Assembly: GCF_009914755.1 (NCBI RefSeq)
Contig: NC_060929.1
Source of the DNA: the human T2T-CHM13v2.0 reference genome, Homo sapiens
Length of the DNA: 64,000 nucleotides
Strand: one strand, 5' to 3'
The notes beneath the pieces are model-generated. The model saw nothing but the letters and a program-made list of their open reading frames with translations. It did no database searches and was not told where the DNA came from. The translations under genes and the position numbers were made by a program. Below, in pieces: positions 1 to 12,102 of this stretch; within the stretch, counting starts at the first letter, position 1; the number at the start of each line of letters is the position of its first letter.

Positions 1-139
1 TCTTTTCTTATCTTTGAGATCATCCTAGTTAATGAACTATCTCCCTATTACAACAGACTTTATAAAACCATCCCCTTAATTGTCTGGTGCATTTTGTCTA
101 GAAAAACCTATTTCAACTCTTAGTTGATGGCAAATCCAA

Positions 140-455
140 TTTTTTTTCTTTTTTTTCTTTTTTTTTTTTTTTGAGAGAGGGTCTTATTCTGTCTCCCAGG
201 CTGGAGTGCAGTGGCACAGTCACAGCTCACTGCAGGCTCAACCTCCCTGGGCTCAGGTGATCCTCCCACCTCAGCTGCCCAAGTAGCTAGGAACACAGGT
301 ACACACCACCATGCCCACCTAATTTTTGTTTTTTGTGGGTTTTTTTTTTGTAGAGATGGGGTTTCACCATGTTGCAGAGGCTGGCCTTGAACTTCTGGCT
401 CCACCTTGGCCTCCCAAAGTGCTAGGATTACAGGTATAAGCCATAGTGCCCAGTG
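140..455 (-). mobile_element. Alu (old, AluJ-like)
   Basis: PolyT run followed by reverse-complement Alu (ctcccaggctggagtgcagtggc ... cctcccaaagtgctaggattacagg); ORF 120..404(-) is Alu-derived. Confidence 0.9.
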
Positions 456-1390
456 GCAATTCCATCTTGATGGCAGCTCAAGCCAAAACCCTGGAAGTCA
501 TTCTTGACTCCTCTTTTTCTCAAGCATCCCCATCCAATCTACCAAGGAAGGAATCCTTTTGGTTTTAACCTCAAAATACATCCGGAATCCTATCACTTCT
601 AACCAATTCCATTGCTAACCCTATGGTTTGAGCCATTACCATCTCTTGCACAGATTATTTTAAAAACCACCCCACAGGCCTCTCAGCTTCCACTTTTGCC
701 TGGCTATAGTATATTCTCAACAAAATTACATGAATGAACTAAAATTCAGATCATGGCATTTATCTGCTCAAAATTCTCCAAAGGTTACCAACTTCAGTCA
801 GAGTTCTTACAATGGCTTAGAAGTTCTCTATGTTGTGGTTTCTCCATGACCTCTCTGAACTCATCACCTACGAGTCTCACTTGAATCTGACAAAACTAGC
901 CTCTTTTCTCTGTCTTGAATAGCCAAGCATGCTTCCACCACAGAATCTTTGCACTGGCTATTTCCTCTGACTTAAATTCCCTTTTTTCAGATAGCTACAT
1001 GGATCACTCTATCACCTCTTTCAAGTGTTTGCTCAAATGTCACTTTCTCAGTGAAGGCCATTCTAACCACCCTTTCAAAACTTGCACATACAAACTGGCA
1101 TTCTGCATCCCATTATCATGTCCTATTTTTCCCAAAGCACTTTACACCTTTTAATATATTATAGAATATCCTCATGTCTATGATTATTGCCTATCTCCTC
1201 CTCTAGGAGGGAGAAAGATTTTTATGTTTTATTCATTAATGCATATCTCAGTTCCTCTTTTCTGTTTCATTGCTATATCCCTAGTGCCTAAAAGAGTGTC
1301 TGACACATAGTAGGTAGTTCACTAAACATCTGTTGAAAGATTGATTAGCCAAACAACTAATTGATTGGTTGAATGAATGAATAAATGAAT
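456..1390 (+). mobile_element. LINE-2 3' fragment
   Basis: L2-type text (caaaatacatccggaatcc; ctttgcactggctatttcctctg; tagtgcctaaaagagtgtctgacacatagtaggt) ending in a (gaat)n tail. Boundaries approximate. Confidence 0.7.
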
Positions 1391-2167
1391 ATAATAATAC
1401 TATCTGTTTAAAGTAATAATAAGTGCTGCAGCTGCAGCTATGCACTGCTAATCTGAATTATTTCCCATTCTGATTGTATTCAACTTTTTCTCAATACCCC
1501 TAGTTCTCTTTCCAGGCTCTGAATGTGGTAAGAAACCATTAGTATTGCTGTGTTTCTAGTACCATGGACACCACACATGCATTACCATAATCACACAGCC
1601 CTACACAGGAAAATAGTGAGGAAATGGCATAAGCTAAGCTGTGAAGCAGACAAGAATATGTCCATCAGATAATTCTGATTGTGAATTCATTAAAAACTAG
1701 AAGACTCCGATGAAATCAGTTGGAGTGTATATCAAAATTATACTCTCAAGATCAAGCCATAGGCTGCTAGGCATTTAATCAAGCCAAGAATATTCATTCT
1801 TGACAAGTACTATATAAACTGGCAGAATGTAAATTGAGGAAATAAGAGACTCTTTAGCCCTCTCTTTTATTGAAAAGAGATTCTTGATTGGTCTAGGAGG
1901 GGACCACAGGATTAATTTAAAATTTGTAACAATAATTCTTAAGGCCTTTCTTTTAACTAGTTCATTTTCAATTTCCCTATTAATTACACTGACTTGATTT
2001 ATCATTGCCTCAAAACTTTTATGACGTATCTCTGTGCATTTTAACATTAGAACTCTCCAGTAAATAATATAGAACAAAGAAGTCTAGTGGAAACAACTGT
2101 ACTTTAGAATCAAAAAGACAAAGTTCAAACCCAGTACTAACCATTTATTGGGTATCTTTAGGAGGTT

Positions 2168-3570
2168 ATTTTTAATTGTGGTAGGAACATTTAACATAAG
2201 ATCTACTCTCTTGACAAATTTATAACTGTACAGTTTGTTAATTATAGGTACAATGTTGTACAGCAGATTTCTGGAACTTATTTGTCTTGCTCAACTGAAA
2301 CGTTGTACCCGTTTGACTAGCAATTCTCCATTTCTCCCTCCCCCTGCCCCTGGCATCCAACTTTCCACTTTGATTCTATGTATCTGACTATTTTAGACAT
2401 TTCATGTAAGTGGAATCATGCAGTATATGTCCTTCTATGACAAGTTTATTTCACTTAGTATAATTTTCTAGAGGTTCATCCATGCTATCAGATATTGTAG
2501 AATTTCCTAGTTTTTTAAGTCTCAGTAACATTTCACTTTACTTATACACTACATTTTCTTTATCCATTCATCCATCAATAAACATTTAGCTGTTTTCACA
2601 TCTTGGCTATTATGAATAGCACAGCAATGAACATAGAGATGATAATATCTCTTCAAGACCCAGATTTCAGTTCTTTTAGGTGGAAACCCAGTAGTGAGAT
2701 TGCTGAATCATATGCAGTCCTATTTTTAATTTTTGAGCAATCTTCATACCATTTTTGATAGCAGCTGCACCATTTTGCATTCCCACCAATAGTGTGCAAG
2801 GGTTTCAACTGCTGTAAATCCTAGCCAATATCTCGTCTTTTTTTTTAATAACAGCCATTTTAACAAGTGTGAGGTGATATCTCATTTCTCTGATGATTAG
2901 TAATGTTGAGCATTTTTCATACACCTATTGGCTATTTATATGTCTTCTTTAAAAAAATATCTATTCAAGTCTTAAGCCCATTTTTTTGATAAGATTATTA
3001 GGACTGATTTTGCTATTGAAGTGTAGTTCCTTATATATTTTGAAGATTAACTCATCAGATATATAGCTTGCAAATATTTTCTTCAATAGCACAGTTTGCC
3101 TTTTCACTTTGTTGACTGTTTTCTTTGCTGTGCAGAAGCTTTTTAGTTCAATGTAGTTCCACTTGTCTGTTTTTGCTTTCATTGTCCATGTTTTTGGTGT
3201 CAGATCTGTGAAATCATTGCCAAGACCAATCAGTAGTATAGAGCTTTTTCCCTATTTTTTCTTCTAGTAGTTTTACAGTTTCATTTCTTATGTTTACATC
3301 TTTAATTCACTTTGAGATGATTTTTGTGTATGTTGTGAGATAATAGTTCAATTTCTATCTTCCCATGTAGATATCCATTTTTCCCAATTCCATTTGTTGA
3401 AGATACCATTCTTTTTCCATTGTGTATTCTTGGCACCCTTGTCAAAGATAAGTTGACTGTATATTTGTTGATTTATTCCTAGGCTCTCCATTCTACTCCA
3501 TTAGTATATATGTCTATTTTCATGTCAGTACTGTATTGTTTTAATTATCGTTGCTTTGTAATGTATTTTA
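2168..3570 (-). mobile_element. L1 3' end (old L1M-type), ORF2 C-terminus and 3' UTR remnant
   Basis: ORF 2961..3182(-) KAKTDKWNYIELKSFCTAKK matches L1 ORF2p C-terminal region; surrounding sequence is typical antisense L1 3' end. Confidence 0.85.
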
Positions 3571-4051
3571 TATTTATGTATTATATGATATATTACATAT
3601 ACTAACATTTATATATTGTAATATATTGGACAGGTTTTAAAATCTTTCAACCTAAATTTTTTCATCTATAAGAACAATAATCTGTGCTTCAGAGAGAGGT
3701 TATGAGGATACACTTAGATCTCCAGGAACCAGACACCAAGTGGATTTAAATTAAATAGATTTAAATTAAATAAATGCCTCTTCGGTTCCTTATTCCCGGG
3801 CAGTTTGGAAACAATAAAAAAAACTCCTTCATTCAAATGCCAATTGGAATTAAAGGACTCTGCCTTAGATTGCTAAAAAGTCTTCTGGGTATGGTACTTT
3901 CTGCCATAGTTTTTTCCTATTCCTTGAACACTCCAAAATTGTTTTCACCTTGAGACACTGACCTCTACCTTGAATGCTTTTCCCCATTTTACTACATAAC
4001 TATCTTGTACTCAGGCCTTAGCATGGGATCTCAGAAATTTATTTCCATTAA

Positions 4052-4547
<496 letters not shown>

Positions 4548-5860
4548 TAGTCAGTGCTCAAAAACATTACTTAATGAAAGAAATTTAAAAATTTCTATTT
4601 GAGGATGAGTGAGCATCAGATTCTTTTTTGACAGGGAGCAAGTATGCTGGATGCTGACTGCTTACCAGGGGATGTAGGGGCAAGAAGCCCCATCCTCTCT
4701 GCTAGTCCCTACCCCCCAGGGCCAGGGGAAAAGGAAACTTCATCTATTTCACATAGAAGTCTGCACCAGTCATGCATTCCTCACATTCTTCATTGATGGA
4801 CAGACCCAGCTGGGACAGCTGAAGAGCGCATTAACAACTCGATAGCAAGAGTCCAAACCTTAGAGAATCCCTTCCTCCTCCCAAGTTATCCTCTTCTTTT
4901 GAAACCAGCCCCACTCCTAATTCAGCCGGATTTCTGTCACATAAATTTCTGACAAACATGCGCTATTTTTATTCCTGAGTTCATTCTCAGGCTTGAGTTT
5001 AATCTTGCTTCTGGAGCAAACCCTACCTGAGCCTTCTCATGTGGCTCAGACAATTTGAAATGATAGGACAATGAAATACAAGAAGATAAGAAAAAAAAAT
5101 TTAATATGTTTGTACTTGTAATTATTTGACCACTGATTTCTTGGTCCTATTATTTTTTCAATTTTGTTAAGTTGTGTTAAAACATATCTCCTTGGAAATT
5201 TTGCTAGTATTGGTAAGGTATAAATACCTATTATCTGTATATTAAAATATGCAGGGTTTTTTAAAATGTAAACTCTTAATTAGGAGTATTGGCTATAAGA
5301 ATCAAGAGTATTCAATTTCCCATATGTCTTAGATTTCATGGTACTTTAAGGATTGCTGCATATTCCATTCTGTCGTGTTTTTATAATATTCTTGCCATTG
5401 TATATACAGGTGAGTGCGGGAATACAGATTTTGCCTATGAAAGAAACTATGAATTACAGCAATAGGTCCAAATTGGTTCTCATATGGGCACCTTCAGTTA
5501 TTTACTTCACTGAAATGGTTCTTTTCTAACTTCATGGAGTTCATTTTTATAAAGCAAATGTAATGGAGAAATATGGATATCTTTGGGATGTATAAACTGT
5601 CACTTTAGACTTAAGATCTAGAAAAGACTGTATATGTGTGTGTTCGTATATCTGGGTGTGTCTACATGATTGCAACTGGAATAATCGGCAGATACAATGA
5701 AAAAAAGTCCAGTCCTTGCTGTTTTATGTTCTACTATTTTAAACTGTGCTGAATGGCTAAAATGTTTTCACTTTGGGTTTTTTTTTTTTTCCTTAAAAAA
5801 ATGAGACTTATTAGAAAAAAAAAAACTAACACTGGAAAGGGAGCGAGGCCAAGGAAAGAG

Positions 5861-5862
<2 letters not shown>

Positions 5863-5904
<42 letters not shown>
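5863..5904. repeat. (GT)21 microsatellite
   Basis: Perfect GT dinucleotide run. Confidence 0.97.
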
Positions 5905-5907
<3 letters not shown>

Positions 5908-6759
5908 AAAGGAAAGCATGGTGAAGGAGCCCCTTCCAGCCCTTATTCCATGAATACAAAGAAGGAAAGATGCTGGAGCCATTTTTTCCTGGCCAGCCTG
6001 ACAGAAAAGGAACCACTAAGCTGAAGGTACATGGAGGATAGGGGTCAGGTCTGTTTTTTCACTGTTGTATAATCAGTGCCCAATTACACTGGTTAACAGC
6101 CGGGAAACATTTGTTGAAGAATGAAGGAATGAAGAGAGGGAGAGAAGAGGGAGGGAGAGCTTCTATATGCCAGCCAATGATGGAAAGATGAAGAGAGAAA
6201 GTTCTTCATGAGAAGAGCTTTTCTAATACTAAGTGGACCAAAAATAAACCTTTTATCCCGCTACTTCTTTATAAATATTGACTTTACTAATTTAATGTGT
6301 ATTCATGTGCCTTTTTCTTGTACACATACGTAGGAATACTTTAGAACTGCAGGATTTCTCTTGAAAATCAGGCTTGCATTACTGATAGAATATAATAGTG
6401 TTCATCTTCTACAGGATAGCCCTTTTTTTTCTTTTACTTTTCTTTGTTCATTGGGCTTGTGGTTAGACATTTTATCTTTTAAATTTGCAATTTACCAGAA
6501 TTCCTTTCCTTAACTATCACATGAGCCAATCGTTCAAGACAACTGTCCTGTATCTTTGTTTGAGGGTGGGGAGGAAGCAAAGCAAATCCTCACCCTTTTA
6601 AAAGTACAAGTAGGTCTTAGATCTTCTGTTTTCACTCTATTTAAACACTGATCCTATAAAACAAAACAGAATTTTATGAACTTCAATGTTTAATTAAACA
6701 AACATTTATTAAATCACATCTAGAAAGCAACATTTTCTTCTAATATTATTTTATAAGTA

Positions 6760-6880
6760 TTCTTTTTTTTTTTGAGATAGAGTCTCATTGTATTGACCAG
6801 GCTGGCCTCAAACTCCTGGTCTCAAGGGATCCTCCTGCCTCAGCCTCCAAAGTAGTTGGAACTGCAGGCTCATGCAGCCA
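6760..6880 (-). mobile_element. Alu monomer (FLAM-like) fragment
   Basis: PolyT + gagatagagtctcattg ... ctcaaactcctggtctcaagggatcctcctgcctcagcctcc. Confidence 0.75.
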
Positions 6881-7410
6881 AATGTAGCCCATTTGATATT
6901 CTGTTCCTTGCCAATAACACTATTAGTGCTACTAATATTTAAAATAGTGTAATTTATTAACAATAATAATTCTCAAACATTATGAGTAAACAAAGGAATT
7001 ATTAAGTTAGGCGTCAATCTGAAAATAATTTAGAGAATAATTTTTTTAAAAACATGCAAGAAAAGTAAAAAAAGAAAAACTAGAAAATGGATTCATATGC
7101 TTCTTGATAATTAAGATAACTTCCACAATTGCAAATGAAAAAATACTTAGGAACATCAGGAGTAAGCAAGCTATGATCTTGACAACTGAAGGTTTAGATG
7201 TACACGTTAGCTGAATGTTCTAAAAGCTCAAGTGCTATCACCTTTTAGTGAATATTCAGAAGATGGTGCACATACATGTTGTATCAGCAAAAAGTTTCTT
7301 TATAGTCAATAGAAAAATGCTAAGTCAACTTTACTGAAAGGGGACTTTTTGTCCCTTCTCTATTCCCAACTTTGTTCTATTTGCTTGATGTGACGAAAAA
7401 GAAAGATCAA

Positions 7411-7720
<310 letters not shown>

Positions 7721-7906
7721 TATAAATGAGATAAGGTGGCAATGTTGTAAAGGATTGAGCAAGATTTTTTAACAATGGGGAGAAGAAACAAGCCATGTCC
7801 TTTTACCAATGAAACATCCAAGGTTTATTTAGAAATGTAAATGTTTTAGCATATTTGAATGAGGCAATGGGAGTGTTGAGATTGATACAACTGAAAGCAA
7901 CAGAAT

Positions 7907-8440
7907 ACTGTATAACATTTTGACTATAGTTACTAACAAAGTATTCTATTCTTGAAATTCACTGAGAGTAGATGTTAATTGTACTCGCCACAAAAAAGAT
8001 AAGTATGTGAAGTAATGCATATGTTAATTAGCTTGATCCAGTCATTCTACAATGTATACATATTTCAAAACACTATATTGTATACCATAACTATATATAG
8101 TTTTATTTGCCAATTAAAATATAACTTCTGTTTTTTAGAGACAGGGTCTCACTTTGTTGCCCAGGCTGGAGTGCAGTGACCAGACCACAGCTCTCTGTAA
8201 CCTGAAATTCCTGGGCCCAAGTCATCTTCCTACTTCAGCTTCCCAAGTAGCTAGGATTACAGGCGTGTGCCACCACGTCTCCTAATTTTTTAAAATTTTG
8301 TAGTAACAAGGTCTTGCTATGTTCCCCAGGTTCATCTCTAACTCCTGGACTCAAGTGATCCTCCAGCCTTGGCCTCCCAAAGCACTGGGATTACAGGTGT
8401 GAGCCATCATACTGAGCCTAAAATATAACTTAAAAAAAAA
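7907..8440 (+). mobile_element. 5'-truncated L1 (L1MA-like 3' UTR) with 15-bp TSD, containing a nested Alu
   Basis: L1MA-type 3' UTR (atgttaattagcttgat...aatgtatacatatttcaaaaca); TSD tgaaagcaacagaat at 7892-7906 and 8441-8455; A-run at 8432-8440. Confidence 0.8.
8128..8418 (-). mobile_element. Alu (AluJ-like) nested in the L1 tail
   Basis: Antisense Alu flanked by TSD taaaatataactt at 8115-8127 and 8419-8431. Confidence 0.9.
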
Positions 8441-10149
8441 TGAAAGCAACAGAATTAGACAAGCTCAGAATATTTTGCCACCACTATTGTTTAAGGAAAC
8501 TTTTTTTCCCAAAAAAGTATCCCAAAGGGATACTTAAGAATCCTCTTTAATAGATAACTTTTAACAGTGTGCATTGTATGAAAGCCAAGCCATTCTAAAA
8601 TTCTGTTGTTGAAATTGAAGCAAGAGATTTGTAATTTAAAAGTTAGTGCTTCATTATGAGATTTTACCCTTTTTTGCCTTAGTTGCATAGAAAGTTCTCA
8701 GAAAACAGACAAGCTTACCCAGAGGGAGAACTAATGTTCAAGTTTCCAAAGTGGGTGGTGAATTGAAAATCATGAAAAATATTATGAAACTAAAGAAAAA
8801 TTAAACGTATGATCTGATGAATGTATTTATGTGATGATTGACAAGTTAGCCTCTAGGTTCCACTGAGCAATATTTATGGGAAAGGAGTGGAGGAGACAGG
8901 GAATTCTGGCAGCTTGTGCCTGCTATTTATGTACCGTTCAGCTTAGCAGGAGAGGGACGAAGAACTGGGGCTGCATTAAAAAACATCCTCTGGGCTGGCT
9001 CACTGGGCTTGCTTTGAACTCTTGTTCATCATTATTTTATGCTGCAGCTTGTCTTTGTGTTGGTGGAAGGGAAAAGAAAAACACAAGAGACTAGCCTTTA
9101 GTTTCTAAATCAAAGCTGTGCTTTGCTGACTGCTGGAGTGGCTTTTCAAAAGCAAAACAAGTGGGGACATTAAAATTCCTTGCTTTTGTAAACCAGGAGC
9201 TGAGTTGGGGTTTTTTTTTTCTTCTTTTTAAATTCTCAGATGCAAAAGGGTATGTTTCAATGTGTCTTACATTTACCTTGAAACAATCTCAGTATGTTTT
9301 TTTCCATTTGACTGGCACTTGGAGAAGATAAAGCAAGGTGAAAAAAATACTAAGGAGGAACCTGCAGAGGTTTGGAGGAAGGGCGTTCATTGTCATCGAA
9401 TTTAAGAAAGAGAAGGATATGTAAATTTTACTAATTATTGCCTCTTACACATCCTTTCTTGATAGTGACCCCAAGGTCCAAAGACGTTAAATCAGTTGCC
9501 TAAAGCCCAGACCCAGAAAGTCAGGACTAGACCTTCCTCTGTGGATTCCCACTCGTCCTCTTTACACTGCCCTATGCTGCCTCTAGCGTTAGCCGGAGAA
9601 ACTGTAAGGAGGGGTTAGGGGAGGAGAAGGCAAAGAAAAGCTGGAGAGGGTCGTAGATTCTTGCCTAAGGAGGCAAGAAGTGACCTCCCTGAGTCAGGAT
9701 ACTTGAGCATTTGACTTGACTAAGAGAAGTAGCCCGCTAGTTCCAGGCGTTGAACGCGCCAATTAGCTGCCGCTGAGTATCTGGGATGTTTTTTGTTTGT
9801 TTGTTTTTCTACTTTGGAAGATCAATGTAAGGTAGAAAGTTAATCCCTTTCTTCTTGCCCTCCACGCCTTCCACGCTGATCGAAGCGACCGTCCTCCCTC
9901 GAACATTTCGTGGGCTCATTCTTTGTAACACACTTGCTCTGGGCCTTAGGTGTCTCTTTAAACCCTCTCTCCCCTCTTTATTTCCAAATCTTTATCTTTG
10001 GCTTTCTTAAGCTGTAAAGGCACACTGGCACCTTAGGTGGTCAGGTAAGATCGCTGGATTCCTTATTTCGGCGAAAGTCCAGCGGACCATTCCCGCCACT
10101 GTACCCATTTTAGAAACACTTGGAAGACCCTTAAGGATCATTTACGGAG

Positions 10150-11950
10150 AGAAAGGTGTGCATTCTGCGGCTGCCGGCGGGCAGCTAGAGAACGTGGCGG
10201 GGGGCAGCGCATCTGGCGCCTTGGCCGGGGCGCGGAGTGGGAACAGCCCGCACGCGTCCGCTGCCGCCCTGCCTGGCGACGAGTGGCACAATCGCCCACC
10301 AGGAATCGGCTGGTGCCGCGGGTGGGCGAAGGCAGCGCCGCCGGCCCGGAGGGCGGCGCGGAGGGTGGCGCTGGCGGCGTGAAAGGCGTCTTTGTGCAAG
10401 ATTGAGTGTGGTGGGGGGAAGGCGAAGAGAGAACTGATCCAGGACCTGGACGCGGGGGTCTGCGGCGCCCCTACGCCCCCACGCCCCCAGCCGTCCGCAG
10501 TGCCGGAATGAGCCGGATAGCGCCGGCAGGGGGCAGTGTGGCGATATAGGGGTTGCCGGGGGGAGGGGAGGGTCTCTGTTCACCTCTATTTGAGGCTGAC
10601 TGGGGAGAAAGCTGCCTGGAGGAAGCTGCTGGGGTGCGGGGGGCTGAGGGATTTGGCTCCCCGCCCTCTCCCCTAGATGGCGGAGAAATCGGGCTAGCTG
10701 GAAGGGCGCAGCTCCTCTCCCAGAGCTCATTCTGGAGTCGGAGAACTGGGAGAGCGGCCCCCGAGGCGGAGCCTCCCTCCCGCCCCGAGTCGCGCTGCCC
10801 CCCACCTGGGGGAGAGGGGCGGGCGCCGCGCTGCCTTCCCTCCGCGCCTCGGCCGCGTGGCTTGCGGCTTATTTTCCCAGCTGGCAAGCGTCGCGCTGCA
10901 GACAAGGGAATGCCTGTGGTGAGTTGTTTATTTTGTTGAAGTTTGCGGTGGGCCCGGGGGACGTGGGGGGCGAGCGGCAGGCAGCGGCCGGGACTGTTTT
11001 GTTTAGGTCTCCATCCACCTGTGTGGTATAAATCTGCCAGCCTCAAGGCGGCGGGGGACCGGAGTGAGAAAGCTCTGACGCTCCCAAAAGCCCCTTTTCG
11101 CAACTTACAGATCTAGGACCACATTTGATTCTCCACGCCTGGAACCGGCTAGATCCTAGTTTACGCTCACCCCGCCCTCCAGCCTCCCATCAACGCTTCC
11201 CGCACCCGCTGTGTGCAGGGCTGGCGCTCCGCAGAGCAAACAGCGCCCACGACCCAGGGACAGCTGGCCACCGAAGTCCCTCCCCGGCGCCCTTCCCCGT
11301 TCCTTGAGGATAGGGGAGCTGAGGTTTTCATGTGAAGGGCGCCCATGAAATTCGTGGGAACTTGTTCTGGCGTCTTCTGGAGTGGAGTTCTTTCAGGGGT
11401 TTCGGGTCTGCCCGGGACTACAAAATGGGATCCTGGGTTGGCTGGAGTTTCCCAGACTAGGCTGGAGAGAGGTCGGCTGTTGGCTCGCGGGAGAGCCCAG
11501 AGGAACCCCTTGGGCGATGGCAGTCAAGACCGGCGGCTGCGTTTGCCTGGAAGAAAAGCCTAAATACATTAGCGAGCTGGTAAAGCTTTTAAGGCCTTCT
11601 TGGGAGCGAGTGGATGGCTAATGAGAGGTTAATTTTGTTTCGAAGGGAAGGCTGCACTGGTTTCCTGAGATAAATGGACAGGAAGCGCATTACCTCCGCG
11701 CGCTGGCAAGCGGCTCCCAAATGCTTTTTGCACCTGCCGTTTTGAGCGGTGAGAGCAGCGGCGGAGCCCGCAGGGATTGCGGGGGCCCGTTGTCTACGAG
11801 CGGGTGATGAGCCCCCCGCAAGCCCCGGGCTCTCTCCCTCCGCGAGTGCATTGCTCACGCCAAGCTTTGGGACTCTTCTCTCACACCCAGGTCCTGCGTG
11901 TTCCGAAGTTCAGGGGCCCCCTGATCCCGCTGAGCCCCCTCCAGGAGCGA
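10150..11950. promoter_or_regulatory. CpG island / distal RGMB promoter region
   Basis: Abrupt GC- and CpG-rich segment with GC boxes (ggggcgggc ~10816) in an AT-rich background; contains upstream splice donors. Confidence 0.85.
10881..10918 (+). other. RGMB: 3' part of an upstream non-coding RGMB exon (5' start not determinable; may also act as a 38-nt internal exon)
   Basis: Consensus donor GTG|gtgagt at 10918/10919; acceptor-like ttattttcccag| at 10880. Confidence 0.6.
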
Positions 11951-11966
11951 AAGGGTTAAGAATGAT
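11891..11966 (+). other. RGMB: Upstream RGMB exon carrying the start of the long isoform
   Basis: Acceptor tcttctctcacacccag| at 11890; donor ATGAT|gtaagt at 11966/11967. Confidence 0.75.
11962..11966 (+). CDS. RGMB: RGMB long (478-aa) isoform, first coding segment (ATG AT)
   Basis: ATG AT spliced to A AGG AAG AAG AGG AAG CGA at 15246 gives MIRKKRKRS..., matching my recollection of the 478-aa RefSeq N-terminus; 41+437=478 aa. Confidence 0.7.
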
Positions 11967-11975
11967 GTAAGTACA

Positions 11976-12102
11976 GGCACTTGATTTCTCAAGTCGCCCG
12001 CTTGGCCCTCTTCCAAGTTGTACTTTCCTTATTTTCTCTCCTTTCCTTTCCTTACTGTTCTAACGCTTTTTAATAAACTTTCACTCTTGCTCTGAAAAAA
12101 AA
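11976..12102 (+). mobile_element. Retroposed polyadenylated ERV-LTR R-region fragment (MER50-like) with 15-bp TSD
   Basis: TSD aatgatgtaagtaca at 11961-11975 and 12103-12117; AATAAA 12072-12077; A-tail from 12095; TT|AAGA endonuclease-type site at 11956-11961. Family call from recall. Confidence 0.75.

Noticed and set aside
10142-11970. Many overlapping 60-210 aa ORFs on both strands
   Set aside because: Expected from stop-codon scarcity in a CpG island; low-complexity R/G/P/A sequences, many with non-ATG starts.
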